Under the pieces are notes generated by a model. That model was not told the DNA's origin. It did not search any database and saw only the letters and a list, made by a program, of their open reading frames with translations. From assembly GCF_030144855.1 (NCBI RefSeq), contig NC_082739.1:14012001-14076000 (forward strand): a stretch of 64,000 nt of DNA, written 5' to 3'. The translations under genes were made by a program, and so were the position numbers. The DNA is from Hypanus sabinus. Its lineage: Eukaryota. Positions 45,001-58,332 of this stretch are shown here, in pieces (within the stretch, counting starts at the first letter, position 1; every line of letters starts with the position of its first letter).

Positions 45001-48000
45001 ATACAATATACACCCCGAAATGCCTTTTCTTTGCAAACACCCTCAAAAACAGAGGAGTGCCCCAAAGAATGAATGACAGTTAAATATTAGAACCCCAAAC
45101 TACCACCCCAGCCCCCCTCCCTCCTGCACGTAAGTGGTGGCAAAAACAATCCCCCCTTTCCCCACTTGCAAAAAAAAGTGGGAAGAGATTCGACAAAAGG
45201 AGAAAATGGTAAGAGCTGAGAAAGGAAAAAAGAAATTCTGCTTGGTGAGGAGAAGCTGGGATGATGAATGCTTCTGGACTTTAGTCTGTGGAGTGTAGAG
45301 GACTCTTGGATCTGTGACGTTGCAGGTTGTTTGAGGAGCGAGATGGGTAGTGGTAGTACAGAGGAGAGAGATCTTCAGAGAACGTGTAGTTGGTGACCTA
45401 AAGTCCCAAATGGGAAGGGACAATCCAGGGCATTTGTTAAATGAGGTATATAAACAAAGATGATTAAGGAAATGGGTGCAAAAATCAGGTTTAATATCAT
45501 TGGCATATGTTGCAAATTTGTTAACTTTACAGAAGCAGTAATATGTAATACTGTACATGATAATATAGAAAAAAACTTTTACATTAAATATGTGTATGTC
45601 TATTGTTACGAAGGATGAACAGCTCTGATGGGCAGAAGGGTGCAAGGTTGCCCATGTCCCCCTCCCCTGGGAGAATTACAAACTGTTACTGTTGCCAGGC
45701 TGTTAATGAGAGAGAAAGAGATGGAACAAAACATAATGGGACTGGAACATTTACTTCAGACAAGGGTGAGATAACAGCGGGGGGGGGGGAAGAGAGACCA
45801 TATAATGACTCCTGTAAGACTCACGGCTCCAGAGAGGCTGTTTACTTGGTACTATTCTGTTCACTAAAATTCCTCAGTGGACAGCTGGACTGGGCTGGTT
45901 TGATGGGCTAAGCCATTCAAAGCTGATTGACACCTGAGACCCCGTGAGTAGGGATAAAAGTGAGGTCTGGGGAGACACCCCTCAGACACACCAAGAGACA
46001 CACTAGTGAGCACTGCTTAAGTGTTGGAACCCACAAGAAAAGTGTGGGGCATCGGACACCGAACGAAGGATCGGTCAATTTTAACTCAGTGTTTATAGCG
46101 AGGCCGTTGGGGGCTTGTGTGTGTGTCCACCCTTGCCTGGGTGACGAGTCCATCATAGAAGAACGGTCTAGCTCAGGGGTTGGCAATCCGCGGCTCTGAA
46201 GCCACATGTGGCTCTTTCATCTCTGTGCTGCGGCTCCCCGTGGTTTGTTAGTTTTTAAAATGTAATTCGAAATTTGAAGGTTATGGTGATCTTGTACAAT
46301 CTAAAAAAGTTGTGGAGACCCCATTTCCTGGCACATCCGAACTGGCTCACAATTAGCCACCGTTCCAGCTAAGGGAGATAGCCTACGGGGGTTTGTGAGT
46401 ACGTGTCTTTTGGAGCATCCGCGCCCACGGGGACGGATTGAGGGAGGCTTTAAATCAAGGCTGTTTAGTTCGAATAAAGTTACCTTTGACTGCAGTGTCT
46501 TTATTTTAGCGCTGCGTGTAGCACACCGCCACAATGTGTTTTTTATCGCTATTAATATACATCACCACTGCCAATGCCTGACACCCGCCAGTGCGCGCTT
46601 TCTTTTAATTCTTCGATCCAAGGTAGGCTAACTATGGAGTAACCTTCAACCCAACGTCTTTTTTTCGGAGTTCAAAATGTTTTTGTTGCATGCAGAAATG
46701 TAATTTCGTTTTCTCTGCAGGAGTTCATCAATTTCATAAATGCAACACATTATAGTTTGTTTATACATAGCATAAAGGCAAAAAAAACCGTCGTATGCAG
46801 TGTTATTTCATTTTAAATGTCAAACGGGTTTTGTGGCTCCCAGTGTTTTCTGTGGGAAATGGGTCCATATTGGCTCCTTCAGTGGTAAACGTTGCCGACC
46901 TCTGGTCTAGCTAAAGGACAGAGGGGTCATACCTGAATGGCCACAACAACACATCGACGGATCAAGAATGTAAAGGAAGGTTTGACTGGCTGTCACTGTT
47001 TTCTCTCCTCTCCCCCCCTCCCCCAGCCTGTATGAACTGAACTTTATATTCACATATGACAATTCATTACCCCCTAGACATCGATAGAGCTTGTTTATTA
47101 TTGATTAATATTATGCCCATAGAAAGTGGATGGCAGAGGGGAAGAAGCAGTTCCTGAATCACTGAGTGTGTGCCGTCAGGCTTCTGTACCTCCTTCCTGA
47201 CAGTAACAATGAGAAGTGGGATGTCCTGGGTGGTGGGGGTCCTTAATGATGGACGCTGCCTTCCTAAGGCACTGCTCCTTGAAGATGTCTTGGATACTAC
47301 GGAGGCTAGTCCCCATGCTGGAGCTGACTAATTTTACATGTTTCTGCAGCGTATTTCGATCTTGTGCAATAGCTCCTGCCCCCCCCCCCCCACCAAATGG
47401 TGATGCAGCCAATCCGAATGCATCGTACATTACAATAAATTTCCAATTCACTATAGATGACTGATAATTTCAAGAAGTGACTTGAATTTCAAAACCTTGG
47501 GAAGTCCCAAACACTTTATTGCCATATCCTTTTATAGTCACTGTCCAACATAGGAAGTGTAGCAGCCCTTTGGTACACAGCAAACCCTGCTAATTGGAAG
47601 TGATAAAAGATGGTCCACTTTGCACACAAAATGCGGAAGGAACTCGGCAAGTCAGCCAGAATCTATGGAGGGGAATAAGCAGTCACCGAGAACTTTCAGC
47701 CGACTTGCTGAGTTCTTCTGGCATTTTGTGACTGTTGTTTATGATTTCCAGCATCTGCAGAGTGTTGATCACTTCTTTCATGATGCTTGTGAGGGTAAAT
47801 TTCGGCAAGGACAGAGAGGAAGAAGTATTCTTATGGAATCTAGCTGTAGCTCCATGATAAGAGGTGTATAATATCAGAGGCAAATATCAACTTGCTTCTA
47901 CAACAATGTAGGATATTTAATTCTGTTTGAGGTTCCCACATCAACGTGCTTTTTATCCTTAGTCTGACGAATGTAGCTTCTCATCGCCCACACCAATATG

Positions 48001-51000
48001 AATGTTGTAAATCTAGACTTGTATTTCAGAAGTGAGGAATCCAAATCCACAGATGTAACTTTGAGAATTTGTTAATCTCAAAGTGAAAAGATGGTTTCAC
48101 TAAAAATGAACATAACATCTTTTGAATATTGGGCAACTTGATAGCCCTACCAAGTTACCCATTTTAGCTCCTATATGACGCCAGTCTCATGACAAACATG
48201 TCATTAAATTGTATTAAACTGCCAGTTCATGGACAAAGGGCGAGTGACTATTTGACAGTGAGCACGATTTCCTAGAAAAACAATTAACTCTTTCATAGTT
48301 TCTGGTAAAATTAATGGTCTCCTTATAGCACACTTCAAAGATGTTGGGAAATTAACCATTTATTCAGAACTGATACAAGGAGGTAGAACAGAGGCTGTAT
48401 GTGCACAGCATGAAGTTTGTATTTGCTATAACATACTGGAGGCCATTTAGACCATTCTGACTTTGTCAGTGTCTCACTTCCTCAGTAATTCCCCTGTAAC
48501 TCATTCTTTGTCATATCTGTTCATTATTGCAGCCCCTCCCCAATTCTCTCAGTACGCCCTATATAAAGGGCGATGTACAGGAGATAATTAGTCTACCGCT
48601 TGGCATGTTGTTGGAATGTGGGAGGAATCCGAGCACCCAGAGGAAAGCCACGCAATGCAGGGACAATGTGGAAACTCTGCACACAGACAGCAGCAATTGA
48701 ACCTAGTTTGCTGAGGCTGGTGAGACAGCTATACTCCCTGTAGTGGCACTGACCCACTTCCTGTCATAAAGTTTAAATATCAAAATCAGATGGTATGTCC
48801 CATGCTGAGTGTTTGAAATGATACTGCAAGGAATGTTAGCGTGGGCGAGTAGGGACACGCCTGGGCAAAAATGTTCTGCTACGCCAAGAAACATAATTAT
48901 TTTATTGACTATGAACTTGCTCTTTGGGGTTTGGCCCAAGAAACTTCATAAATACTTGGCACCACAATGCACTGAACTGATGAAATGGTCTGTATGCAAG
49001 TTAGGTGAAATATTTGATCCTGATGAAGGGTCTCAGCCCGAAGCGTTGACTGTTCACTCTTCTCCATAGATGCTGCCTGGCCTGCTGAGTTCCTGCAGCA
49101 ATTTGTGTGTGTTGCTTGGATTATTTGATATGACTAGCTTTGCATTTTGAGATTGTAAAACATTGGGAAATTGTTTGGGTTTGGGGTAATTAGGGGAGAA
49201 AAGGTGAGGTGAGAAGATTCCTTTTCCCCAGTGTAAGAAAATGTGCATGATATTTCCATGACAAGTTTCCATAAGGATTTCAAACTGTATCATTGAAGGA
49301 TTGAAATTGCAGAGCTGGAGTGAAATAGGGGAAGGGATTCACTGGATAACTTTTCCAAAGAGATGGCATGTGCAATATTAGGCACAGAAATAGATCCTTT
49401 GTCCTGCTGAGTCTGTACTGACCATTGAGCACTCATTTACACTAATTCTGTTTTTCACTCCCCACATTCCCATCAGTTCCTTCCATAATCTAGCCCCCTC
49501 CTTCACACTTGAGGCTATTTACAGTGGACAATCAATACACCAATTTTCATGCTCTTGGAATGAAGGGTGTTTTCACATGGTCACAGAGAGCGTCTCTGTC
49601 TTTGCCTCACACAGAGACAGCACTGGAGACGGGGATTGAACCTGTTCACTGATGCCGTGCCTTAAGCCACATTCTCTTGGGCAGATATCCCATTCACTCA
49701 AAGTGTGGTTTTAAGGGACAGTTGTTGGATTCAGGTTTCAGCTGGAATGACCTTGAAACTTGTAGCTGGACCTAAAACCTTGAAACATATTTTGTGGTGC
49801 TAATATTTGTATGGGCCAAAGTACTGTTGTGAGATTGTTTATCTGTACTTTGCAGCTGGTGGTTATTTTGATGTTTTATTTCCTGCAGTATTTAGTGCTC
49901 GAGATGCTAACTGATATGTTGTAATCTGAGCCCAGCTAGTGGTGCTACCTCTTCAGTCTTTTACCCAGTTGATCCTGTTCAGCACAATGCTGAAATAAAA
50001 CTCCCATGACTCACTTGCAGTTGACTCAATAGTTACAATAACAAAAATTGTTTTTCACTAGACTAAGTTTACATGAAGCAGGTTGCTTTTGTTAATCACA
50101 CTGGCTTCACATTAAGATTAATTACCCTTATTTCTAGGACCTGGGCAGTATTGTTGGAGACATACAGTATTTGTCAAGGATTAATTTTATTTTCCATTTA
50201 CCTTTAAATGTATTGGGCATTTGCTGTGAAGGGCAGTGCAGGACAGGTCCTCTGAAATGATAACACTGAGGAATTTAAAATAGCTGACCCTCTCCACCTC
50301 TGATCCTCTAAGGACTGGCTTGTGGACCTCCTCTTGAACTCAATAATCAGCTCCCTGCATCATAAGTGTTTACAGGGCAGTGTGCAGTGATGGGAGTAAT
50401 AGAGAGAGGGGGGTTGGGGGATAACTAGAATGGTTGATCAGATTAACTGCATGGGGGAAGAAACTGTTAAGATTGTGTGAAAGCCTTGTTTTAATGGCTG
50501 TATAGCATTTTCCAGGACGGAGCTTTTGGAAAAGGCAGTTTGCTGGGTGGATGGTGTCTGCAATGATTTTCCTTGTCTACTTTTTTGCCCTGGACGCATA
50601 CAAGTCTTGCAGTGATGGTAGACTGCAGCTAATTGCCTGTTCTGCTGACCTGATAGCTTGCTGTAGTTTTTGTTTATTGTGAGAGGAAATGCTGCACAAA
50701 ACCAGACAGTAATAGCTGATGTGAGGATGCTTTCTATGATGGCAATGCAGAATTGCTCTAGTATGTTCTGCAGAAGATAGAATTTTACCACCTGCCGCAA
50801 GAAGTACATCCTCTGCTGAACCTTTTTGTTAGTGAAGTAGATGTGGTTCTCCCACATGGGGTCCTGTGAAATAATGGTGCTAACTATAGAGTTGTTGATG
50901 ATTGGGTGGTGAGGAGACACATTTCACTTGAAATTGAATATGCATCTCCATGGCTTTGAGGGCATTCAGCTCCAATCTGCTGTGATTGCATGAAGACAAT

Positions 51001-54000
51001 AGGTTGCTTATTTGCTGGTGGTAGTTGGATTAGTCATCTCCCGTAATTAATCCAATGACAGTAGATCATTGGAGTGCAGTCATTGGTGTAAGGGGAAAAT
51101 AGGAGATGGGAGGGAACACTCCCCAGTGGTGCTCAAGTGCTGAGCCCATCCTGAGTTGTTACAGGATCAGGGAGGCCAGTCTGACAACTTCTGTTCACTA
51201 TGATCACACCCACCATTGTGCTCAAATCTATTTATCAAATGTTTTTGTGTTTGGGAGCTGTGACAGTGTTCTTGACAGTGTTCCCATATCTCATTAAGGT
51301 TGGTGTATCAACAGCAGTTGGTCTGGATAAGTTTCGGTGTGGGCTGTAATGCGAGAATGGTTTGAGAATTGAGGTCTTTCCTATTGGTACCTGGAGTCAA
51401 GGATGATGTTTGTTTATACCAAGCCACCTTGACCTCTCTCAGAGCAGAGAAATCTCCCCCATCACCATATTCCATATTCTTTAACCAATATCCTCATGGC
51501 AGACAATATGCTCAACGTCTCATTGCTGTTTGCTACAGAGACTTGCCCACTGGGATGGATCATTATTTCTGTTAGAATATTTGCCTTCATGTGGTATTAG
51601 AAATGGGAACTAAAGAGTGGGTGAATGTTCTGTGGGACAGCAGAAACAAGTTAGGCGATCTTTGCAATGTCTGTCCCAAACAAGTTGCTAGTTTCACTTA
51701 GTTGCTTTTTGTCCCATATCCAGCCCTTTCCTATCCATGTACCTGTTTAAATGTCATAATTGTATTCGCCTTTGCCACTGGCAGCTCATTCCACATATTC
51801 GCGTGAAAAGTTTGTCTCTTGGGTTCTCTTAAATTTCCACTCTTAAACCTAATCCCCATAATCTGGGGGAAAAGACTGGCTATTCATCTCATGATCCACC
51901 TATTCATCTATGACCCTCCATGATTTTCCCTCAACCTCCTACACTCCAGAGGAAAACAGTCCTAGCCTATCCAGTCTCTCCTTATTCCTTTTTATCCCTG
52001 GTAGGAAGATTGAGGTTTTGACTGTTTTTAGACTATTTTTACAAGTGATCTTTCTAAGGGAGGCTCCTTCCAGATTGGCAGCATCTGCTACAGGGTGAAG
52101 TGCTCTTTTCTAAGAGATTGCCTAACCCATTCCTTGTGAATGATGAGTGTATGTTTAAAAATAATGTCAAGGAAGTATTCACAGGAATTGAGATTTATGC
52201 AAAGTGAAGTTAATAATCAGAACAGTAGTTGTTGTGTAATAATTGAATACACAGGAACTGTGCCTTTGTACAGCACATGACTCTTACCCGAGAAACTGCA
52301 GGTCTGTACACTTGTGAAGTGAGTGGTGTTAATCTTGCTGAACGGTAATCTATTTCCTGTGCAGGTATCAGCAACGTTGCTGGTGTTCACATGTACACAG
52401 AAGGCAATGTTGAGGCTCGAAATGGCACCGAACGCCGTCTGAAGTGCACATTTCAATCCAACTTCCCTGTTGGGAAACAGACAAGTGTTACCTGGTCCTT
52501 CCGACCTGACAGCGGTGACAAAGAGGAAGTTGTGAGTATCCTGGGTGAAGTTCCAGCACAAAATGAACTCTTGGACTGGGAATGCAATAACAGAACAACA
52601 CGAGCTCAGTGTTACTTTGATTAATCGCTTCCCAACAGGTGTCTCCTGCCCCAAATAATGTGGCTTGGACTCGCCTCCCTAGATACGGTTTGAATCCTGT
52701 GCCACACAAACTGCATGTCTCAGGCAAAACCAGCATTGGAATCCTTGAGTTAGAAAGCGCAGAAACATGCCCTTTTGCCCAATTCATCGATGCTGAGCTC
52801 GGAGTCTCCCTGAGCAATCTCCTTTGCCTGCATTTGGCCAATATTCCTCTTACTCTATCCTAATCATACCCACTGCCACCACTTCTTCTGGCAGCTTGTT
52901 TCAGATACCCCTCGCTTTCTGTATGGGGGAAAATCTTGCCTCTCATTATCACTTATAAATTTTTCCCTCTCGCATCGAACCTGCGCACGCTAGTTTTGTG
53001 AACACAGCTCAGCACATCACAAAGACCAGCCTCCCCTCTCCAGACTCTGTCTAAACTCCTCAACTCGTTAGTAAAGCAGCCAGCATGATCAAGGACCCCC
53101 ATCCCCCCCAGACATTCTCACTTCTCCCCTCTCGCATTGGAGGAATAGATACAAAAGCCTGAAAGCACCTACCACCAGACTAGAGGACAGCTTAAAATCC
53201 CACTGTTCTTAGACTCTTGACTGGGCCTTTTGTCCGATAAGATTGTCTCTTGGCTTCACAATCTACCTCATTATCATCTTGCACTTCATTCTTTACATGC
53301 ACTGCACTTATTTCAGTAGCTTTATACTCTTTATTCTGCACTGTTATTATTTTACCTTGTTCTACCTCAACACACTGTGTAATGATTTGATCTGTATGAA
53401 CAATATGCAAGACGAGCCTTTCGCTCTGTCTCAGTACATGTGATAATTTGAGACGATAAACCAAAGGATTCCCTACCTTGGGTAAAAGACTGTGACTATC
53501 CCCGTCATGATTTTATAACCGGTTTTGTCACCCCACCTCTAACTTCCTTTGTTCCAAGGAAAAAAGTTCCAGTCTGTCCGGTTTTTCCTCAGAAATCAAG
53601 CCCTCCAGTCCTGGCATCGTCCTTGTGAATGTTCTCTCCACCTTGTCTGGCTTAAATTGTCCATCTCTAACTGCCTTTTGAAGGTGGAGCCCTTTGAGTG
53701 AATGTATTTCCCTGTTGTTTCTGGGCAGGGGATTCCAAAACTTAGACCCGGCGATGATAAAGGGCCACTAATGTATTTGCAGATCAAGATTGTGTTCATG
53801 AGTTGCTGGCTTCCCATGCACCTATTCACCTTGTCTTTCTCCATGGTGGTGGCTGTGGGTTTGGAAGGTCCTGCTGAAGCAGGGGTTCCCAACCACTGAC
53901 CCCTTGGTTAATGGGAAGGGTCCAAAGCATAAAAAAAGTTGGAAAACCCTGTTCTAGAGTAACTGTAGTGCATTTTATAGATGATAAACTGGCCTAGTGG

Positions 54001-57000
54001 CAGAGAGGTTGCTTGTTTGGGGCTGTGGGTGGCATGGTAAAATCATAAAACATAAGAGCAGAATTAGGCCATTCAGCCCATCATCTTCTCTGCCATTCCA
54101 TCATGGCTGATTTATTATCCCTCTAAATTCCATACTCCTGCCTTCAGCCCAAAATCTTTGTACCCTGGCTAATCAAGACCCTATCAACCTCCACTTTAAA
54201 TATACTCAATGACTTGGCTTCCACAGCCATCTGTGGCAATGAATTTCGCAGATGAATGCAATCCAGCTTGTCTTCCACCCAGACAACACTGGATGACAGG
54301 CCTCTGCTCCCTCCCACACCAGCATCTCCAGGCAATTGTCAAGTACTCCATCATGAATGAGTCCTGTATTCCACCATATCAAAGGAAGGATGTGCTGTCA
54401 TCTGAGAAGGTCCAGAGGAAGTAAAGACCTTGGGGTGTCAGAATGGGAGTTGCTCACCGCAGGATACCTACTTTGGGAGATGAGAAATTTTAATTGTAGT
54501 GAATTATAATTTGGAGTGCCCTGTCTGAGGGGATATGGAAACAGAGGCCAAAGCCTCCTATAAAAAGGAATCTGATGAACAATCTTAAAGGAAAACATTT
54601 TACAAACTACTGCAGGAATGGGATTAATTGCATTACCGAAGATGCAGCATAATGAACAAAATAACTGCTTTAAGGAGGAGAGAAAGAACATAAGAAACAG
54701 GAGTAGGGTTGGGTTGAGAAAGGAGTGCCAATGACTTGTTTACAAGTAAAAACTTCCACACTTTCCCATTCATTACGGTCGTCCCTTAACCGTGGAATAT
54801 TCTGTCATTGATTGGGTATGTTGTGTAGTCACTTCTCCCTGTGCACCTAATAAGGAGTGGTTAGATATTGTACAAAGTCCCTCTGCACTGCCCCACCCAT
54901 CAAACTAATTCCAGGGCAGGCACAGCACTGGTTAGATTCAAAATTCCTTTATATTGTCACACCAAAGATTCTGAGAGCAGGAACAGCTTTGATTAGGCAC
55001 AAAGTAAAGCCCCTTGAGCACCATGCTGATGGGGATACTGCCCAAGTTGTTCATCAGCTTCTCCTTCTCTCCATAGGTCATGTATTATCTTGAGCAACCA
55101 TATGCATCTTCAACTGGACGGTTTAAGGAACGGGTGGTGTGGTCAGGAAACATCTGGAGAAAAGATGTATCGATTACCATCACTGACCTACAGTTTTCGG
55201 ACAATGGAACTTTTATGTGCGGCGTGCTGAATCCTCCTGATGTGGAGCTGGTCCTTGGTGAAATCAAACTTTCTGTTGTGCATAAAGGTTTGTTTCAAGT
55301 TGCCTCTAATCTGCTGTTTTGCTTCATTGCATGATAAAAATGAATTAGGGTGAATCTGCTGGAACACGGTGACATCTGCAGGCTGCGCCCAGCACACTCT
55401 TGGCGCAAAAGATGCATTTTCCAGTATGATTCAATGTACGCATGGCAAATAAAGCTAATTTTTAAAAAATAAATCTGAACTCCTTTCTCCATCAGGGAAA
55501 GCTGGATAGTGGTCCAGACGGGAATGGGGCTGTTTCAGACTATTCCTCACATCTGTCTGCCTGGATTGAGTTTGGGAACCTGTCTGGGTTCAGAGAATTC
55601 ATTCAAATTCAGTAACGTATTCTCACGCTGCTGTCTCTCTCAGTGTCTTGCACCTTATCCTCCACTTGCACTGCACTTTCTTGGTAGCATTTGTACCACC
55701 TCGACATATTGATGTGATGAAATTAGCTGTATGGATGCACGCAAATCAAAGATTTTCACTGTACCTTCATGGTGTGGCAATAATAAACCTTTTTACCCAA
55801 TCCCACAGTCACTTACTCGGAGATGCTGATCTTGGGGATTGTGATCGGAGGAGCGACAGGGCTGGTGATCCTGATTGTGGTCGTGATGGTTACCGTGCAG
55901 CTCTGCCGGAAATCGAGGGATTTCATAGATGACGAGGAAATGGAGCAGGAGCCACAGAAGGGGGAGCTAGAATATCAAGGCAAAGATGGGTAAGGGGCAG
56001 CACTCTACCTCCCTCTGTAGAAGGGTGACATCAGGTCCTGATGCCTCAGAGTCCACTTTGAGAGTCCACTCTTCCTGCTTTGTCCTCTCAACAGCCTAGT
56101 TTCGGGTCATCTGGCAATTAATCTGGTGTTTAGAAAAGAATGTGAAAGTCATTGAGTTCCCCCCACCCCCTCTCTCTCTCCCCCCCACATTTTCCCTCAG
56201 CTGTGTCACCTCTACCCTTTGTTCTCTAACCCCTTTTTTTGCCACCTCACCCTTTTGTGCCTTCCTTCCTCCATTCTCACTCTTCCCACTCCCGATTAAT
56301 TCTCAAATTTCTCTAACTGCTAAGATATAACTTGCGATCTTTCCACCATGAGGGAACAGAAATACCAAGGCCCTGTTCTCAAATGCTGCGGTTTACAACA
56401 TTAAAGTGGACGAACCAACAAGCAAGAATCAGCAGTATTAAGATTTGCAGAGGCTTTACGGCTCAGTCCTGGTGTGGATTCCTAAAGGGAAGTTGTGTGA
56501 ACCCATTTTCCATCACTTAAGCGGGTTTTCCAGATTTGGGTATGTTTACAAGAACTAGTGGAGATCATATTGAAACATAGAAGATCCAAAGGGGTTGCGA
56601 GAGGGGAATTGTTTTCGGTAGTTGGAGAGTCTCGAATAAAGTGATGATCATTTAAAACGAAGGTAAGTCAGCATCACTTCTCTCAGAGGGGAGTGAACTC
56701 TGAAATTCTGTTCTTCAGGGGGTCGAGGAGGCGAATTGTTAGAGGTGCTTACAATGGCAGTTGATAAATTTTTGAAAGATCATGGACTGAAGGCCATGAA
56801 GATCTGGCACAGAGGAGCAGAGGCCTAGGGTTGATCAAACATGATCATGCTGAATGGTGGGCCAGGCTTTGGGGACCAGGTGGTCAACCCCTGCTCTTGT
56901 TTTCACTCCCATGAACTTGCTGGGCCCTGCATCCTAGGCCTCGAGTCTTGTTACTCCCTGAAATACCAGTTGCCAAGGTCATGGGTTGATCCTCCTCTGT

Positions 57001-58332
57001 ATTCTCTTAACAGTACGGAAATGGAGAAGTTAAATGGTGAGATGATGAGTTTTGCGGAAGAGGCCAAGTCAGCAAGGGTTCCCTGAAGACTGACAGAGTA
57101 AGGTACCTGACTCAACAGTTTGTTGTTTTATAAAATACCTATAGCCCATGACCCAGCATGATCTTTCCCACCAGCTGCATCCCAGCTGATAGCTCATGGG
57201 CTCAAGGCCTACTCCTGAGACTGTGCGAGCACTGCCAGAGAGGCCATTGATGAGGTAATTCACTGTTTCTGAAACAGCACTGAGGCATAGCTGGGATTTG
57301 GATAAGAGATTCTGACCTTTTAGACTGCTGTAAAAGATCCTCTGGTTTTTGAAGAAAAGGTGTGTTCCTGACTCAGTGAAAGGCCAATATTTTTGTTCCC
57401 TCAACTAACATCACTGAAACAGGTTTGCTGTGTGTAATTTAGCTGCTTTATTTCCTGCACTGCAACAGTACTGTGAATGTGAAGAACTTTGTAATGTCAT
57501 ACCATGCCATGAAAGATACTGTAGAAATCAAGACTTCCTTTGCTTCCCCACGCTGCCACCCTCTTCTGCACCCCCCACCCCCCCAACCCCCCAACCCCAC
57601 AGCCCCATACTGGCCTGCCCAAGTGCTAAGGCACATGTGGGAGAATCCTTGCTGCTGTGTTCCTTCCCCTTCTGAAACCCATCCCTACCCTGGTTGCAAT
57701 TGAATTTCAATTTGCATTTGAAAACTGTCGTGCCTCTCCTCTGTGCCTTACCCAATTCCCACTTGCTTCTTAGGATTGCAATCCCACATTGGGATGGGAA
57801 TTCCAGTGCCATGCTGAAGGTGTACAAGTCAAGGAGCTATTGGGTGGGTAATGGGGATCTTTGGAGAGAGGAGTCAGTCACAGTCCAACCCTTTATCATT
57901 ATCAACACCTCTGATTAGTTTTCAGCCTTTGAAACTCAAGGGAATGAAGTCTGTTCTCCTTGGAACTAAAGAAATTCCCTATATAGGATCTGACCAGCAC
58001 CAAGATCCATAACTCACAGTATTCCCAGAGCTTCACTGACAAGATTGCTCAACTCTGGCTACCTTGCAGTTGGAGAAGATGTTCCCATATTATGGTTGGG
58101 TTGGATATCCCAGGTTTTGATCCAGTGACCAGCTGGTGTAATGTTAGTGAGATGTTGGTGATCCAAGGTTTCTGGCAAATCTGGAAGAGCAAAATGCATC
58201 TGATGGTCCTGAAATATCAAATGTAACTGTAACCATGGACCCTCTGTCTTTTATAAAATGGTTTTCTTTGTCTTTTCCAGATCAGTTGCAGAACAAAGTT
58301 TAATTTTAACGAGAGAAGAAGCAAGATTTTAA
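35998..58332 (+). CDS. MPZL2: Myelin protein zero-like 2 (epithelial V-like antigen 1); 5 coding exons join(35998-36049,52365-52531,55077-55287,55809-55989,58281-58332), 663 nt, 220 aa
   Basis: Signal peptide, then an IgV domain split over 167-nt and 211-nt exons (EARNGTERRLKCTF..PVG..VTWSFRP...GRFKERVVWSG...LQFSDNGTFMCGVLNPPDV..LGEIKLSVVH), a TM segment and a short tail. These motifs match MPZL2 (NGT, PVG, LQFxDNGT, GEIxLSVVH) better than MPZL3 or MPZ. Syntenic with CD3E. Confidence 0.9.
38135..38545 (-). mobile_element. CR1 3' end
   Basis: KGLDKVDVERMLPLVGESSTRGYSL..WNSLPQ. Confidence 0.8.
40193..40452 (-). mobile_element. tRNA-derived V-SINE (HE1-like)
   Basis: A-box-like TAGCATAGTGG, B-box GGTTCAATTCC and V-domain GCGTGGGTTTCCTCCGGGTGCTCCGGTTCCCTCCCACA. 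Decayed copies at ~18920-19160(+), ~27620-27740(-) and ~48560-48710(-). Confidence 0.8.
40505..42338 (+). mobile_element. 5'-truncated L1/Tx1-clade LINE (RT plus C-terminal Zn finger, polyA tail), disrupted
   Basis: GVRQGCPLSPVLF..CMDD (from YxDD)..KVLGIWF..GKNLV; C-terminal CPWEDC*EEESVTHLF; in-frame stops and a frameshift; AATAAA at 42308 followed by an A-run; GC-rich relative to the flanks. Confidence 0.9.
44040..44760 (-). mobile_element. CR1 LINE RT fragment
   Basis: KGKSCLTNL..VDVIYIDFQKAFDKV and WLTGRRQ..GVPKGSVLGPLLF. Confidence 0.85.
45604..47118 (+). mobile_element. Probable solo LTR (interrupted by the hAT element)
   Basis: Begins TGTTACG; TATA-like GGATAAAAG ~45952; sits between two halves of a minus-strand Rex-Babar fragment. 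No clear 3' terminal CA was found. Confidence 0.4.
46174..46904. mobile_element. Non-autonomous hAT (Charlie/Buster-like) element, 731 bp
   Basis: TIRs CAGGGGTTGGCAA / TTGCCGACCTCTG; perfect 8-bp TSD GTCTAGCT at 46166-46173 and 46905-46912. Confidence 0.92.
47118..47410 (-). mobile_element. Rex-Babar-type fragment (its tail lies at ~45480-45603)
   Basis: CLRKAASIIKDPHHPGHP remnant. Confidence 0.7.
50430..50830 (-). mobile_element. Rex-Babar-type LINE fragment
   Basis: KKVQQRMYFLRQ..IIESILTSAITVW. Confidence 0.75.
52365..52531 (+). CDS. MPZL2: MPZL2 exon 2 (N-terminal half of IgV)
   Basis: Acceptor tatttcctgtgcag|; donor GTT|GTGAGT; 167 nt; phase 1-0. Confidence 0.95.
53000..53460 (+). mobile_element. 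Rex-Babar-type LINE 3' fragment
   Basis: Nucleotide similarity to 33820-34260. Confidence 0.65.
53880..53951. mobile_element. Tiny hAT-type MITE
   Basis: CAGGGGTTCCCAAC / GTTGGAAAACCCTG termini; right flank TTCTAGAG; left TSD degenerate. Confidence 0.45.
55077..55287 (+). CDS. MPZL2: MPZL2 exon 3 (C-terminal half of IgV)
   Basis: Acceptor ctccttctctccatag|; DNGTFMC and NPPDV motifs; donor AAG|GTTTGT; 211 nt. Confidence 0.95.
55809..55989 (+). CDS. MPZL2: MPZL2 exon 4 (TM plus acidic juxtamembrane tail)
   Basis: VTYSEMLILGIVIGGATGLVILIVVVMVTVQLCRKSRDFIDDEEMEQEPQKGELEYQGKDG; acceptor cccacag|; donor GG|GTAAGG; phase 1-2. Confidence 0.92.
57190..57540 (+). mobile_element. Degraded Deu-domain SINE
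   Basis: GGCCAATATTT..CCCTCAAC..ACATCACT core, also seen inverted at ~39930-40160; recognised from memory. Confidence 0.5.
58281..58332 (+). CDS. MPZL2: MPZL2 terminal coding exon (SVAEQSLILTREEARF*)
   Basis: Strong acceptor gttttctttgtcttttccag|; phase-2 continuation to TAA; followed by an AT-rich UTR and polyA signal. Confidence 0.75.

Noticed and set aside
52365-55989. Calling the plus-strand gene MPZ (P0) or MPZL3
   Set aside because: The IgV motifs and the position next to CD3E fit MPZL2, and the tail lacks the long basic P0 domain.
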